Positions 35,877 through 49,325 are shown, numbered from the whole stretch's first letter. The stretch: 63,629 nt of DNA, filler included, from Octopus bimaculoides (GCF_001194135.2; 5 parts of 5 records of this genome joined end to end with filler, not necessarily neighbours in it), one strand, 5' to 3'. Numbers and translations are program-made. The notes: generated from the letters alone by a model not told the origin.

Positions 35877-36300
35877 AGTGCAATAATTGTGAAAAGTCCT
35901 CAGTTTCTGTGGCAAAACATCAAAAGCTGTTGTATATCTGTTTCATACCATTTAAAATATTTCTTTTCTTAATTTATCAACACATTTCCTTTCAAAAATC
36001 AGATCCTTAGTACATATATCTATAAAAATATCTAGAGTAAATTTGTTGTTGTTGTTATTGTCATGTTTTAAGGTGGTGGGTTAGCAAAAATCCTAAGTGT
36101 TTTAAGCAAAATGTCTTTTGGTATTTAATTACAGCCCTTTACGTTCAGAGTTCAAATCTTCCTGTTGTCAACATTGCTGTCCATCGTTCTGAAGTCAACA
36201 AAATGAAGTACCAATCCAGACCTGGTGCGAATTTAACTGACTAGCTTTCTGCCCGCAACATTGGTGTTGCCTTGGTTGAAGTTTGCGCTCTCTGAGTTCT

Positions 36301-38035
36301 ATTGTTAATTAATGTTTTGAAATGGCAGAATCATTAGCATACCAGCTAAAATACTTAGTGGCATTTCACCCCTCCATATGTTCTGAGTTCAAATTCTGCT
36401 GGGGTTGACTTGGCTTTTCATCTTTTCGGGGTCATTAAAATAAGTACCAGTTGTGTAATGGAGTAGATGCAACCAACTAGCCTCCTCATGCAAAAGTTTC
36501 AGGTTTTGTGCCTGTCATAGAATGGATTATGTTACCCTCTCCTCTAAATTAGCTATCTGCATGTGCTTTCCGCCCTCATCATCTCCGTGTTTAACCTTCC
36601 AACTCGCTACTTTACTTAGTTCGTGTAGTTAAATACTTGTAATAAAATAATTCCAGGCATATATAGCTTTACAATTAATAACTATACAAATGAGTGTGTG
36701 TGAGAGAGAGAGAGAGATTGTGTTGAAATTAGGGATAAAGTATAAATACATAATACAAAACTTGGGAGTAAATATTTATTGTAGCACTTATATTGCTCTT
36801 TAGTACTCAGGGTTTTACATATATCATGGGTAGGGGGCTCAGAAAGGGGTTTCAGGGAAAAGCATCCCTACATCTCTGAACTAGTTTTCCACCACATTTC
36901 TTAAAAATCGTGGTAGAGGCCTTGGTCTCAGGACCACTCATGTCTAGAAACTGAGGTTGGGGGGTAAGCAAGGGCCTGCTTCCTGTGGAAAATCCAGCTC
37001 CAAAAAAGCTGCATAATAGCAAAGGAGAAAAGGCACCAGCCAGCCCAACGGTTGGGCTGGGCTGCACCTGCCTGCATCAGTTGCTATGGCATTTAGATAG
37101 ATCCGGCCGCCCCCGTTAACAGGAACAAAACCCGGATTTAAAATACTAGATGATGATGATGATGATTGGTAATTTAACCATTACGTAAATCTCTGCATAG
37201 TTGCAGAGGCTGAAGTGAACTTGATTCTTAGATGCACTTATGCTACTGCATTTTTTTAAGTGTTTAGGTTTGTGAAATGAAAATGAAATGCATTTATAAG
37301 TGTATGATTATCTTGAAATTGCAGTTGAGAAATATTTAAATATTCAAATGATATTTGTGATAGTCGAGAAGTATTTTAAATATAAAATTTTTAATCTTTC
37401 ATTTGTTTCAGTCATTTGAGTGCAGCCATGCTGGAGCACCACCTTTTAGTTGAGCAAATCGATGCCAGGACTTTTCTTTGTAAGCCTAGTACTTATTCTA
37501 TCATTCATTTTTTGCCAAACCACTAAGTTATGAGGACAGAAACACAGACACACACACACACACACATATATATGTATATACACACACATGATGAGCTTCT
37601 TTCAGTTTCCATCTACCAAATCCACTCACAAGGCTTTGGTTGGCCCGAGGCTATAGTAGAAGACACTTGCTCAAGGTGTCACGCAGTGGGACTGAACCCG
37701 GAACCATGTGGTTGGTAAGCAAGCTCCTTACTACACAGCCACTCCTGCGCCTGTTAATTGTTAATTAATGTTTTGAACTGGCAGAATCATTAGCATACCA
37801 GCTAAAATACTTAGTGGCATTTCACCCCTCCATATGTTCTGAGTTAAAATTCTGCTGGGATTGACTTGGCTCTTCATCCTTCCAGGGTCATTAAAATAAG
37901 TACCAGTTGTGTAACGGAGTAGATGCAACCAACTAGCCTCCTCACGCAAAAGTTTCAGGTTTTGTGCCAATCATAGAATGGATTATGTTACCCTCTCCTA
38001 TATATATAGCTTTACAATTAATAACTATACAAATA

Positions 38036-38066
<31 letters not shown>

Positions 38067-38675
38067 TTGTGTTGAAATTAGGGATAAAGTATAAATACAT
38101 AATACAAAACTTGGGAGTAAATATTTATTGTAGCTCTTCTATTGCTCTTTAGTACTCAGGGTTTTACATTTATCATAGGTAGGGGGTGCTCTGAAAGGGG
38201 TCTCGGGGAGTAGCGTCCCTGCCTTCCTGAGCTAGTTTTCCACCACATTTCTTAAAAATCGTGGTTGAGGCCTTGGTCTCAGGACCACTCATGTCTAGAA
38301 ACTGAGGTTGGGGGGTAAGCAAGGGCCTGCTTCCTGTGGAAAATCCAGCTCCAAAAAAACCTCATGATAGCAAAGGAGAATGGGCACCAGCCAGCCCAAA
38401 GGTTGGGGTGGGATGCACTTGCCTACTTCAGTTGCTATGGCATTGAGGTAGATCTGGCCACCCCCGTTAACGGGAATAAAACCCGGATTTAAAACACTGG
38501 ATGATGATGATGATTGGTAATGTAACCGTTACGTAAATCTCTGAATAGTTGCAGAGGCTGAAGTGAACTTCATTCTTAGATGCACTTATGCTACTGCAGG
38601 TTTTTAAGTGTTTAGGTGACCCTGTGTAAGTAGGTTTGTGAAAAGAAAGAGAAATGCATTTATAAGCGTATGATT
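36301..38675 (+). repeat. ~1-kb local tandem duplication (36301-37309 and 37757-38675)
   Basis: Colinear near-identical blocks separated by a SINE B copy. Confidence 0.92.
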
Positions 38676-40769
38676 CATCATCATCATCGTTTAAAGTCTG
38701 CTTTCCATGCTAGCATGGGTTGGATGATTTGACTGAGGACTGAGGACGCCAGGCTCCAATCTGATCTGGCAGAGTTTCTACAGCTGAATGCCCTTCCTAA
38801 CGCTAACCACTCCAAGAGTGTAGTGGGTGCTTTTATGGCCAGTCAGGCGGTATGTCCCGATAACTTAGCAGTTCGGCAAAAGCGACTTATAGAATAAGTA
38901 CTAGGCTTACAAAGAATAAAGGTGGTGGTCCAGCATGGTCACAATCAAATGACAGAAACCAAGAAAAGAAAAAAGATTTTGTGATGAACCCAGCACTTCA
39001 TCTTGTAAACGACCAGGGCCTAGACTTTTTGCTGTTAAGGAAATTATTGATGATATTTATCCTTCAGATATAAACCTTACACTACCACTGGCAATGGGAG
39101 TGATTCAGACAATCAAACTAGTGAAATCGATGAGGAAAATTGTGATTCAGGTGAACAAATAGGGTAGTTGAGAGATAGGCCATTTATTATTCTCCTGAAT
39201 TGTTTTTGTGATTTTGTCCATTAGTTTGCTTGCAATTGTTACTCTTAAGCTGTATGTGCAAGTATTTATTTTTTTTTTTGCTCAGAAGCCCAGGTTAAGG
39301 ATAAAGTTTGACACAGGAGCCCAGGTCTGACTGGCAGAAATTCTTTTACCACCATACTTCATCTAACCTTCAGATATTCTCTGACTGCTTCACATCTTTC
39401 TACTTCAATAATGGATACTCTTCTTCCAAACTAGCAAACTATATAGCACGTTTGCCTAAGCACACTTCAGGTACCTGTTCCCCATGCCCCAGTCATCGAT
39501 TTTACTTTATCTCAACCCCCTAGGAGCTTCTACATGGTTTCACAACCTGCTGAATATAGCAGCTAAATTTCTTACTGTTTACTGTCTTAAGAAAAGAGAA
39601 GGATGCATTGAATAATTCAGTCCAGATACCTCTAAAAGAGAGGATAGTTATGGGCAGAATACCTTTGACCATGGTTATGCTTAATCAGAGCTGACCAATG
39701 AATAGACAACTTTATAGAATCCTTCTTCCTCATTAATATTAATCCCCACAGCCATCCAGCTACAGAATTTAAGCTGAACATTATCAACTTCAGCAGTGCT
39801 TCAAAAGATCATGGGTACCACCCTTGCTCTCCTAAGACCAGCCAACCTACCATTATCAATCTTCATCTTCTGTTGCTGAGAGGCACATGGGGATAGGGCC
39901 CCTAAGCACCTCTCCCATAAGGTCTTATCAGAAATAACTGTTAGACTTTCTGGTTTGATTCCCAAGCATGATCATCTGAGACTATGGATATTATCCACCC
40001 ATCTCATTCATGGTCTACCTCTGGGTCTCTGCCAGTTGCCTTGACTTGAAGAATCCATTTTGTGATTCTTTCCTGCAACGTTCTAATCACATATCAGAGC
40101 TTTGACCTCTCGATGCAGAGAAGTAGAGGTTTGACCTAGGGAGACCCTCTGATCTCCGCGTTATGCAGCCTGTCAAGTAACATTGCTCCCAAGATCCTTC
40201 GAAGGAACCCCCTAAGACTAAATGATAATAAAACAGAGAGACTAATACAATTACCCCTCAGTGTACAGTGCTATCTTTAGTGTTCTGAATCGTACTTTAC
40301 AATCACTTTCCCATCATACACAAACAATACACTTCTAACGTTTTCAATTTTGCACCAACTCATAATCAAATGACAGCACTTTCTCAGCTTACCAACCAAC
40401 ATTAATTCCCGGTCATATTTTGTTATAACATTGTTTTCTTGTGTACACAACACGTCTGGCATCTAATTCTAAAACAATTTGTGTTTTCATCATCATGTAG
40501 TTATTAGCAACTATTTTATGTCACCAAAGTTTTATGTCACCACAGATCTATTTTATATAAGAACATGTCTATAACAACATGGATGGATTATTTTTATCAA
40601 TATTAGCTACAAGAAATACAAGCACATATGCAGCATTCGGATTTATCTGCGGATTATTGATGAATGTTAGCTTAACTTCATTGGCATCAGTGTTTTTTTT
40701 TTCTCTCATACTGCTAGTCTGCATGACTTTTGTCTTTTCATGGGTGATCCTTAGCAGTTAGTTCCAGTT

Positions 40770-41040
40770 CCATTTCATTATCATTTCTGCAGTTCCTTGT
40801 TATTTTTTGAGAGCAGTGCAATAACGTCAGCAAAATCCAGATCAGTAGGATTTGGCTGCGGTTTCCAGGCAACACCCAAGTTCACTAAATCAATTAATAT
40901 TCTCATAGCAAAATCCAAATTAAGAAGGAATGGTGAAGATAGGACACAGTCTTGTTGCACCCCAGTGACAATATTAAAGAAGTCAATGATACTTGTATTG
41001 GTCTTCACAAAGTAACTTGAATTCAGACAACTGTTTCTGA
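40770..41040 (-). mobile_element. RTE-like RT fragment
   Basis: TGVQQDCVLSS, DLDFADVIALLS motifs. Confidence 0.7.
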
Positions 41041-41612
41041 AGATATTGACATAACAGTCAGAAATACTGCATGATCTTCCTCAGTAACTCCCAAAATATG
41101 TTGTCAAATATTTCTTTGGAATCATTGAAGTTGATGTTCAAAGGCCGGTATAATTGCAAGCACTATTCAATGATGGTTCAAAGTGTGAAAAATTACTTTC
41201 AGCAGGACTTTTATCATTCAGATTGCTTATTCAATGATTTTAATTATGAAGGATCCCCAACTACATAAAAGCTAAGTGAAAATAAATCAGAACTTTACAG
41301 CTGATGATGGTACTGATAATTATATATATACATGTGTGTTTATATGAGAAGACAATGATTTTTAGATTCTGTCTTTAATTATCATTAAAGAAATATAATT
41401 GTTTTATTTTCTATAGAGAAAACTTCACAAGCTTCTAAAATTAGAAAATATAAACTGCGTTTAATGAATCAGATGTAAAAAAAAAAGAGGCATACAAAAA
41501 ACAATAGGAAAAAATATTACATTTTTCTCTGATTGGTGTGATTGATACAATTTGTTAGTGAATGACATCATTCATATTTAATATTTTAAAAAATGATTAA
41601 ATTTCCAAGTAT

Positions 41613-41618
41613 TTTATT
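41613..41618 (-). terminator. Candidate CTBS polyadenylation signal (AATAAA)
   Basis: First AATAAA on the minus strand, about 95 nt after the CTBS stop, in U-rich context. Confidence 0.4.
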
Positions 41619-41711
41619 CACTAAAATATGTAAAAAAAATTTTAAGAAATTGATAGAAAAGTTGACAGTTATAGTTTTGATAAGCTAAAATAATGTGCAG
41701 TCCTATTATAT

Positions 41712-41903
41712 TTAGTTATAACTGGGCAAAGCATTCCACATGAGGTTCCGCAGTTTTGTAGACATTGTGCTATTGTCATAATCAACACAATCAACATTCC
41801 ACATTCCAACGCCATGAAGGTTTAAATCTTGAACAAGTTTATATTTCAAACCAAGGCTCTCAGCATCATCATACCATACTTGATAACTAGAATTATGGTT
41901 TTC
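41712..41903 (-). CDS. CTBS: CTBS terminal coding exon
   Basis: tatttcag|gaa aac; ENHNSSYQVWYDDAESL...GVGMWNVDCVDY...ALPSYN*; phase 0. Confidence 0.93.
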   Translation of the reverse strand, partial: ENHNSSYQVWYDDAESLGLKYKLVQDLNLHGVGMWNVDCVDYDNSTMSTKLRNLMWNALPSYN

Positions 41904-42578
41904 CTGAAATAACAGAATTACGAAGATGTAAGATCATAAAAATGATTTGGATAGAAATAAAATCAATAAATGATATGATGCAAGAAATAGTTTTTAAATT
42001 TCACCACCATCACCACTGCTCCTCTGAAAAGATAATATCCAAAGATAATTTTGCAACTTTGTAAAATATCATTTATAAGAAGAATTTTATCTTTTACTTC
42101 TTTCAGCCATTAGACTGCGACCATACTGGGGCATCTCCTTGGAGAGTTTTTTTTAGTAGAATGAATAGCCCCAGTATTTATTACTTTTTTGTAAAACCTG
42201 GTACTTATTCTATCAGTCACATTTGCTGAATCACTATGTTACAGGGACATAAACACACCAACACTGGTTGTCAAGTAGTGGTGGAGACAAACACTGACAC
42301 AAAGATACAAACATACAACGAACTTCTTTCAGTTTCTATCTACCAAATCTACTCACAAGGCTCTAGTAAAAGGCACTTGCCCAAGGTGCCATGCAGTGGG
42401 ACTGAACTCGGAACTATGTTTTTAAGTGGCTGCGTGGTAAGTAGCTTGCTTTCCAACCACATGGTTCCGGGTTCATTCCCACTGCGTGGGACTTTGGGCA
42501 AGTGTTTTCTACTATAGCCTCGGGCCGACCGAAACCTTGTGAGTGGATTTGGTAGACGGAAACTGAAAGAAGCCTGTC

Positions 42579-42620
<42 letters not shown>

Positions 42621-43415
42621 ATATGTTTGTCCCCTCAACATCGCTTAACAACCGATGCCGGTGTGTTTACGTCCCCTTAACTTTACGGTTTGGCAAAAGA
42701 GACCGATAGAATAAGTACTAGGCTTACAAAGAATAAGTCCTGGGAGTCGATTTGCTCAACTAAAGGCGGTGCTCCAGCATGGCCACAGTCAAATGACTGA
42801 AACAAGTAAAAGGGCAAAAGAGTAATAAATATATTTAGAAGCAGTGAGTAATATGTAAATGATTGCTTAATTAACAGTGTATCTTGAAGCAAATTTAACT
42901 ATGAGTAATAGCTTATAATACATTGGACCCCTTCAAAGGGAAAAATGTGCAAGTTGTCTTCAAAACTTGAACCACATGACTTCTGATACCCAGATAAACA
43001 TGTTACCAATTATACTAATGCAGCTGGTCATATATCTTTGTTCCGTCTAAATGCTTTTGTCTTACCAGCAAGAAAGTTTCCATCTACATTTGGGTTCAAA
43101 CATAAATAATCTTTGTTGTTACTAAGATTAAACTATTTGATACCAACTTGAATGAGACTGCCCTTGGTTCTATAATACAAACTCTCAGTTTTAAAGTGAT
43201 GTAAATTAAAACCGTCCAACCCATGCCAGCATGGAAAGCAGCCATTAAATGATTATGATGATAAAGTACTGTAGATAGAACTACCCAGTAAACTAGTCTG
43301 GCAGCCACAGAATTTGAACTTCCACACCATCAGTGTCCAGAAAGTCAGTGTTGTACCCGTGAATTTGTTCATGTGGCTACCAACGATAAAGTTTTAGTAT
43401 GTTTTTAGGCTTTAA

Positions 43416-43635
43416 CCCTTTCGTTACCGTATTTCTGTTGAGATGCCCTGTGTTTCTTTCAATTACTTTAAATATAACAAAGAATTTAGTAAAATAACTT
43501 CGTTATCATTAAGCTAGTGTTAGGAACATAAATTGTAACTAAAGTTTGGTGGAAAATTTCAATTCAAAACTTTTGAAAACAAGACATTTGTACTCAGAGC
43601 CAGAGGCAGTTTCAGGCGGGTTGGTATCAAAAGTG
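43416..43635. mobile_element. piggyBac-like MITE
   Basis: TTAA|ccctttcgttacc ... ggtatcaaaagtg|TTAA. Confidence 0.65.
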
Positions 43636-43664
43636 TTAAATAAGTTGAAATAGATAAAATTTAC

Positions 43665-43829
43665 CTGATACGTGAAATAAGGAGTTTTTGATGCTGTATC
43701 CCACTGTCTTCCAGTAAGCGATTTCTTCAAATAAATTTCAACAATATCTGAAAATCTTAATTGTTTTCCAGCAGCATCGCTACAGTTCATACCACGGAAT
43801 GGAACCATCTTTATTTTACATACGTTATT
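43665..43829 (-). CDS. CTBS: CTBS exon
   Basis: tctttcag|aat aac...tat cag|gtaaat; NNVCKIKMVPFRGMNCSDAAGKQ...TPYFTYQ; phase 0 to 0. Confidence 0.95.
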
Positions 43830-44452
43830 CTGAAAGAATTTATAAAAATAAATCATTAAAAAAATCTAACAAACAGTCCAATGGCAGTAAGCTTGATATT
43901 ACGGTTTAAATTCTAATAAAATGCTTATCATAGAAGCTCAAGAAATACATCGTCACCATCGCCATCGTCATTTAACGTCTCTTTTCCATGCTGGTATGGG
44001 TTGGACGGTTTGACTGAGGGCTGGTGAGCCAGAAGGCTGCACCAGGCTCCAGTCCGATCTGGCAAAGTTTCTACAGCTGGATGCCCTTCTTAACGCCAAC
44101 CACTCCGAGAGTGTAGTGGATGCTTTTACGTGCCACCTGCATGAGGGCCAGTCAGGCGGTACTGGCATCGGCCACGCTCAAATGGTGCTTTTTACAGACC
44201 TGTCTTTCATTATTTACTTGTTTCAGTCATTGGACTGCGGCCATGCTGGGGCACTGCCTTGAAGAGTTTAGTCAAACAAATTGACCCCAGTACTCATTTC
44301 TTAAATGTGGCACTTGTTGTATCAGTCTCTTTTGCTAAACTGCTAAGTCACAGAGTTGTAAACAAGCCAACATTGATTGTCAAGTGGTGATGGTGATAAG
44401 GTAAACTAAAAAGACATTTATGTATGTATGTATGTATGTATGTATGTATGTA

Positions 44453-45385
44453 CAAGGTCTGATCAAAAAGAATCAGGGCTGTTGTTATGGTAATAGAGAC
44501 AAAGAACACAAAGTGAAGCCACTTGGCACACAGATGGACCTGGAACTCTGTCATGTATGCATATTAAGTTATAATGTTCTTGATCAGTTCTATTGTTTTA
44601 TAGCAGTGCTTGGAAATAAAGTGTGTATAGGCGCAGGAGTTGGTTGTGTGGTAAGTAGCTTGCTTACCAACTACATGGTTCCGGGTTCAGTACCTCTGCG
44701 TGGCACCTTGGGCAAGTGTCTTCTACTATAGCCTCGGGCCGACCAAAGCCTTGTGTGTGGATTTGGTAAACGGAAATTGAAAGAAATCCATCGTATATAT
44801 GTATGTGTGTTTGTCCCCCAATATCGCTTGACAACCGATGCTGGTGTGTTTACGTCCCCGTAACTTAGCAGTTTGGCAAAAAGAGACCGATAGAACAAGT
44901 ACTAGGCTTACAAAGAATAAGTCCTGGGGTCGATTTTCTCGACTAAAGGCGGTGCTCCAGCATGGCCGCAGTCAAATGACTGAAACAAGTAAAAGAGTAA
45001 GTGTGAACATCTCAAAAAGAAGATTAGATTTCAGCTGCACAAGATCTTTTTGACTGTCGAGGAAGATGAAACCTTTTTGAAAACAGTTATAACAGGTGAT
45101 GAATTATGGGTCTATGGCTATGACCCTGAAATCAAGGCAAAAATCAAATCCCATTTGAAAGGGGCAAGATTTCAAGGCATCAAAGAAATTCAGGAGATTA
45201 CAATGAGGCAGCTGTATGCTATCCCTAAAAATGAGTTTCAGGAATGCTTCCATCAATAGAAAAATGCTGGATAACATGTGACTTCAGAAGGGGGCTACTT
45301 CAAAGGAAATTAAATGCCAAATTAATGTGTGTTGTAGTTCTCTTTTTATAGCACTAGTCCTGATACTTTCTGATCAGCAGTTTGG
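44453..45385 (+). mobile_element. Internally deleted mariner element interrupted by SINE B
   Basis: TIR-like ends gatcaaaaagaatcagg / cctgatactttctgatc; FLKTVITGDELWVYGYDPE joined directly to the transposase C-terminus. Confidence 0.75.
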
Positions 45386-45477
45386 AAACAAACTTCTTAA
45401 CACAGTCACATCTGCATCTACATTAGTATTTTAATTAAAAATAACAAAATAACAAAATAAAACTTTGTTGAACTCAC

Positions 45478-45575
45478 TTCTGATAAAGCTACACATGGAT
45501 AATGGTATCCATACCATGGTACACCAAGGACCAGTTTCTGAGAAGGAATTAGCATTTTTAAATATTCTTGAATTC
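45478..45575 (-). CDS. CTBS: CTBS exon
   Basis: tttcttag|ga att caa...tca gaa|gtgagt; GIQEYLKMLIPSQKLVLGVPWYGYHYPCVALSE; phase 1 to 0. Confidence 0.95.
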
Positions 45576-46746
45576 CTAAGAAATAGAAATAATAAAAATA
45601 TTAAAATTTTAATTTTACCCCTCTGGCAAAAAAGAAAAGAAAAGTGGGTGGGGGAAATTAAAATTTTGAAAACGTGATTCGTCGTTTAGCTGCTGTTTCT
45701 AGCATGTCGAGTTTTCTGTTTAGATACTTTTTATGTCTGCTATTTTAGTAGGAGGGGAGGGAGTGATTATTTGTTTTTTTTTTTTTGAAAAATTCAAATT
45801 TTACAAATTTTTTTTTTGTAGAATCATAATCTCCATATTCTTCTACGTATTTCACCAAAAAATATTTCTAAAAAAAAGGNNNNNNNNNNNNNNNNNNNNN
45901 NNNNNNNNNNNNNNNNNNNNNNNNNNNNNNNNNNNNNNNNNNNNNNNNNNNNNNNNNNNNNNNNNNNNNNNNNNNNNNNNNNNNNNNNNNNNNNNNNNNN
46001 NNNNNNNNNNNNNNNNNNNNNNNNNNNNNNNNNNNNNNNNNNNNNNNNNNNNNNNNNNNNNNNNNNNNNNNNNNNNNNNNNNNNNNNNNNNNNNNNNNNN
46101 NNNNNNNNNNNNNNNNNNNNNNNNNNNNNNNNNNNNNNNNNNNNNNNNNNNNNNNNNNNNNNNNNNNNNNNNNNNNNNNNNNNNNNNNNNNNNNNNNNNN
46201 NNNNNNNNNNNNNNNNNNNNNNNNNNNNNNNNNNATCATCATCATCATCATCATCGTTTAACGTCCGCTTTCCATGCTAGCATGGGTTGGACGATTTGAC
46301 TGAGGACTGGTAAACCAGATGGCTACACCAGGCTCCAATCTGATTTGGCAGAGTTTCTACAGCTGGATGCCCTTCCTAATGCCAACCACTCTGAGAGTGT
46401 AGTGGGTGCTTTTACGTGCCACCGGCATGAAGGCCAGTCAGGAGGTATTGGCAACGGCCACGCTCGAAATGGTGTATTTTACATGCCACCTGCACAGGAG
46501 CCAGTCCAGTGGTACTGGCAATGAACTCGCTCGAATGTCTTTTCACGTGCCAGGAAGGCGACGTTGGTAACAATCACACTAAATATATAGAAGGGCCTGT
46601 CAAGAAAAAGTATATACAAATCAACTAAAATAAGTAATCAAAATGGATGACTAAAACATCGACTGAAAAAATTTTTACCTCTCGATTAAAATATATCAAA
46701 ATATTTATATACAGGAAGTACTGATAATTAAAGCAAAATTAATTAC

Positions 46747-46918
46747 CACTTTTTGCGAGAGTATAATGAGAATTCGGACCAGCAACACATGGCCCCCCTA
46801 TCTGGCTTCTCTGGTCATATGACATAACGAATAAGAAATCTGTAACTGTAGATAAAGCTGTAACGTCATAGCATCTGTCATCAACACAATGTGGGTTCCA
46901 AGGAACATCAAAGGTCAC
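46747..46918 (-). CDS. CTBS: CTBS exon
   Basis: ctctccag|gtg acc...agt g|gtaatt; VTFDVPWNPHCVDDRCYD...DFLFVMSYDQRSQI; phase 0 to 1. Confidence 0.96.
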
Positions 46919-47149
46919 CTGGAGAGAGAGAGAGAGAGAGAAAGAAAGAGGTAAATTCAATTTACTGCATTTCACCCATCTTAACATTCTGAATTCAAAT
47001 TGCACCAAGGTCAACTTTGCCTTTCATCCTTTTGGGGTTGATAAATTAAGTACTAGTTGCGTAATGGGGTTGATCTAATCGACTGACCCCCACCCCAAAA
47101 ATTTTGGGCCTTGTGNNNNNNNNNNTTGTGCCTATATAGTAGAAAAGAA

Positions 47150-47698
47150 GGATCTTTTTTAAAACGGGGGCCACATTTTTCATTAACGAAACACTTTGAA
47201 ACTTGGAACACTGGTACAATGTGTCATATAAAACATCTTTTTCTCTTAAGTCTTCTTAAAAAAAAGAAATCCAGAAGTTATTCCATGTTAAAGTTGTCGT
47301 ATTTCTGTAATTTCAACCAATCACTGACGTCCATTCAGCCGATATACATTAAGTGCCAACTACATAAACAAACGATTCTGAAACAATTAACCCTAACCCT
47401 AACGTTAGGGTTAGGGTTAAAGCAAATTTAAAATGAAAAAAGCAAATAAAATGAAGGTATGGAGATTAAATACGCTTTACACCAAAAGAGTAAATGTAAA
47501 CAACTGAATACTTGTCAGTGATTGGTTGAAATTATCGAAATAAGACAATTTTTTACATGAAATAAATTCGAATACAAAAATATTTTTCTGTTCTATAACA
47601 CAAAATAGATAAGTATACGAAGTTTGAAAGTCTTTCCGTACCAAAAACACTACGTAAAACATTAATGAAAAATGTGGCCCCCGTTTTAAAATAGATCC
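47150..47698. mobile_element. Foldback/MITE, Merlin-like termini
   Basis: ~38-bp TIRs beginning GGATC, inner inverted repeats, flanking 8-mers GAAAAGAA / GCAAAGAA, central 34-bp palindrome. Confidence 0.75.
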
Positions 47699-49113
47699 GC
47701 AAAGAATATTTAAATATATTAATAGACATAGGCATGGTTGGGTGGTTAAGAAGTTTGTCTCACAACCACATGGTTCAGGTTCAATCCCACAGCCTGTATC
47801 TTAGATAAGAGTCTTCTCCTGCAGCTCAAAGCCAATGAATATTGTGTGTAAATTTGGTAGACACAAACTACATAGAAGCCTGTCATATATTTTGTGTGTG
47901 TGCGTGTGTGTGCATAAATGTGTGACTGTGTGTTAATTGCTGGTTGAATGAGTCTTTTGTTTACAGAGATCATGGAACATGTCAGACATGTCAAGTAACT
48001 GAAATATGCTTTCACACTGGACTAAAAATAAACAACACTGTTTGCTTGTGATACCACAGTTTATAACTGACATATACATGAAAAGATGAAAAACAGTACA
48101 AACTCTCTCACACACATTCACACACAATTAAAACCAAACTTTCCAGTCTTTGTTTTGATATAGACTTACTCTGCAAATATGATTCTCCATGACTTTCAGT
48201 CAGTGTGTATGGCTTGTTTAAAATGGAAAACATCTGTAGACTTACATTTGATAACTGGAATATGCAGATGAGTTTCACAGGGACACAACTTCGATTACAC
48301 ACACAGACAAATATATATGAGCTTTTTTTTTCTGTTTCTGCCTAAAAATCCACTAACAAACTTTAGTCAGCCCAGGGCTATAGTAGAAGACACTTGCCTA
48401 AGGTGCTAAGCAGTGGGACTGAACTCAAAGCACCTGGTTGGGAAGCAAACACCTTAACCACACAGCCATACCTGTGTCTACAAGTCAAGTGTATCTTTAC
48501 CAAAAATAGTCAGATACTAGTAAAAAAAAATAATAATATCTAATCTAATAAAAGATCAAGTTAGAATTCTTATGGTGATGAATATTAATTAGTATACAAT
48601 TACAATTAGTTAAGAACATTACAGCAAAATCCCCAACAAATTCCTTGATATTGTTTTAACTATAGGCACAAGGCCTGAAATTTTGGGGGAGGGGTCTAGT
48701 TTAGGTGTAGGAGTGGCAGTGTGGTAAGTAGCTTGCTTATGAACCACATGGTTCCGGGTTCAGTCCCACTGCGTGGCACCTTAGGCAAATGTCTTCTACT
48801 ATAGCCTCGGGCCAACCAAAGCCTTGTGGGTGGATTTGGTAGACGGAAACTGAAAGAAGCCCATCGTATATATGTATGTGTGTGTGTTGGTGTGTCTGTG
48901 TTTGTCCCCACCAACATCGCTTGACAACCGATGCTGGTGTGTTTACGTCCCCGTCACTTAGCGGTTCGGCAAAAGAGACCGATAGAATAAGTACTAGGCT
49001 TACAAAGAATAAGTCCCGGGGTCGATTTGCTCGACTAAAAAGGCGGTGCTCCAGCATGGCTGCAGTCAAATGACTGAAACAAGTAAAAGAGTAAAAGATT
49101 AAGAATGACTTAC

Positions 49114-49325
49114 TTGATAATTCTTGTTAATACTTTTCAACATTATACTTGTCCGATTGACCAGCTGCGTAAGAGCATTTCGCAAATCTTCTCTGGTCAG
49201 TTCCAATGGGTCTTCAATGTCAAAATTTACCCCATCGTAATGATACTTTTGAACTTCTTTGATTTGATCTTTGATCCATTGATTACTATGAGTAACATTC
49301 AAAAGCTGCTTAACTGGGTAATTTA
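49114..49325 (-). CDS. CTBS: CTBS exon carrying the GH18 catalytic motif
   Basis: tattttag|ta aat tac...tat caa|gtaagt; YDGVNFDIE (DxxDxDxE-type); phase 1 to 0. Confidence 0.95.

Noticed and set aside
43066-43121. 56-nt exon-like stretch (NNKDYLCLNPNVDGNFLA) in a CTBS intron
   Set aside because: Its phase is incompatible with the flanking phase-0 CTBS exons and there is no homology; the neighbouring exons already join correctly.
46290-46325. CTGAGGA...GAAAC-type hammerhead look-alike in SINE C
   Set aside because: Only about 5 nt lie between the core halves, there is no NUH or stem III, and the bases instead form a CTGGT/ACCAG hairpin.
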